DNA of 64,000 bases from Chiloscyllium plagiosum (lineage: Eukaryota): assembly GCF_004010195.1 (NCBI RefSeq), contig NC_057749.1:22763886-22827885 (forward strand), read 5' to 3'. The notes under the pieces were generated by a model that did not search any database, had not been told where the DNA came from, and saw only the letters and a program-made list of their open reading frames with translations. The position numbers were made by a program, and so were the translations under genes. Each line of letters opens with the position of its first letter. The stretch's first letter is position 1. This document shows, one piece after another, positions 63,012 through 64,000 of this stretch.

Positions 63012-63238
63012 GACAAAGTGAGGACTGCAGATGCTGCAGATCAAAGTCGAGTGTGTGGTACTGGAAAAGAACAGCCGGCCCGGCAGCATCCGAGGAGCAG
63101 GAGAATCGACGTTTCGGGCAAAAGCCCTTCATCAGGAATGAGCCTCATTTCTGATGAAGGGCTCATGCCCAAAATGTTGATTCTCCTGCTCCTCGGATGC
63201 TGCCTGACCTGCTGTGCTTTTCCAGCATCACACTCTTG
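63012..63238. mobile_element. PLE fold-back mini-element with two opposed hammerhead cores
   Basis: TSD tttctcatcaacctg / tttctaatcaacctg; intact minus-strand core at 63104-63139. Confidence 0.92.
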
Positions 63239-63664
63239 TTTCTAATCAACCTGTTCAGAGATGTCACTATACACCACTATGGCAGGTGGAATTCAACTGA
63301 GTTCTCAGAGCTAGGGACACTACCACTGTGTCACAAGAGCCCTTTACATTTACAGAGTTGCTTTGTCAATGACCTGCCCTCTATCTTAAGTTCAGAAATG
63401 GGAATGTCTGCTGATAATTGCTCTAGTGTTGAGCTCCAATTGTAACTCCTCAGATAATGAGGCAGTCTATGCTAGGCCCAAGTGCCTGCGTTAGTGGCTG
63501 AGCATTCCAAACACCTTTATGGAGATAAGACTTAGACTTTGATAGCTGGATGGATTTTCCACCTCTTAGTTTTCCTTTACTTCTACCGTTGTTTCTATAA
63601 TTGCAATTTTGAAACTAAGATGGCATCGAAGAATGGCAACTTTGACACTTTTAGGGGTTGCCTC

Positions 63665-63996
63665 TGTGGCTCAGTGGTTAACACTGCTGCCTCACAGCAT
63701 GAGGGACCCGGGTTCGATTCCAACCTCGGATGACTGTCTGTGTGGAGTTTGCACATTCTCCCCATGTCTGTGTGGGTTTCCTCCGGGTGCTCCGGTTTCC
63801 TCCCACAGTCCAAAGATGTGCAGTTTAGGTGAATCAGCCATGCTAAATTGCCCATAGTGTTCAGGGATGTATAGATTAGGTCCATTAGTCAGGGGTAAAT
63901 ATAGAATAATAGGGTAGAGGAATAGGTCCGGGTAGGTTGGACTTGTTGGGCCGAAGGGCCTGTTTCCACCCTGTAGAGATTCTAAGGTTCTAAGAT
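63665..63996 (+). mobile_element. HE1-type V-SINE, full length
   Basis: tggctcagtggttaacac A-box, ggttcgattcc B-box, V-domain and tail. Confidence 0.95.
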
Positions 63997-64000
63997 TTTC

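Overview
Eukaryotic, repeat-saturated, non-coding DNA from a cartilaginous fish. HE1-type V-SINEs, HER1/CR1 LINE tails and a SacSINE1-like DeuSINE point to a shark, and the repeat style suggests a bamboo/carpet shark (inference). I recognise no host protein-coding gene, and almost all listed ORFs are repeat translations or chance. The window holds about 20 HE1-type SINEs, about 25 CR1/HER1 3' fragments, a second CR1/L2-superclade LINE with its partner SINE, Rex1/Babar and L2 remnants, probable solo LTRs, minisatellites and two assembly gaps. It also holds several Penelope-like element (PLE) families. Three signals stand out. (1) A population of ~150-230 bp fold-back elements looks MITE-like but derives from PLE pseudo-LTRs and is flanked by 13-17 bp direct repeats. 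(2) Minimal hammerhead-ribozyme cores (CUGANGA-N-stem-GAAA-NN-UH) with covarying stems recur across several PLE families. (3) A ~4.2 kb composite block (CR1 5' half, ~2 kb non-repeat cargo, CR1 3' tail) splits an older CR1 and may be a transduction or capture event. Family names come from motif recognition, not database searches. Coordinates of degenerate repeats are approximate.
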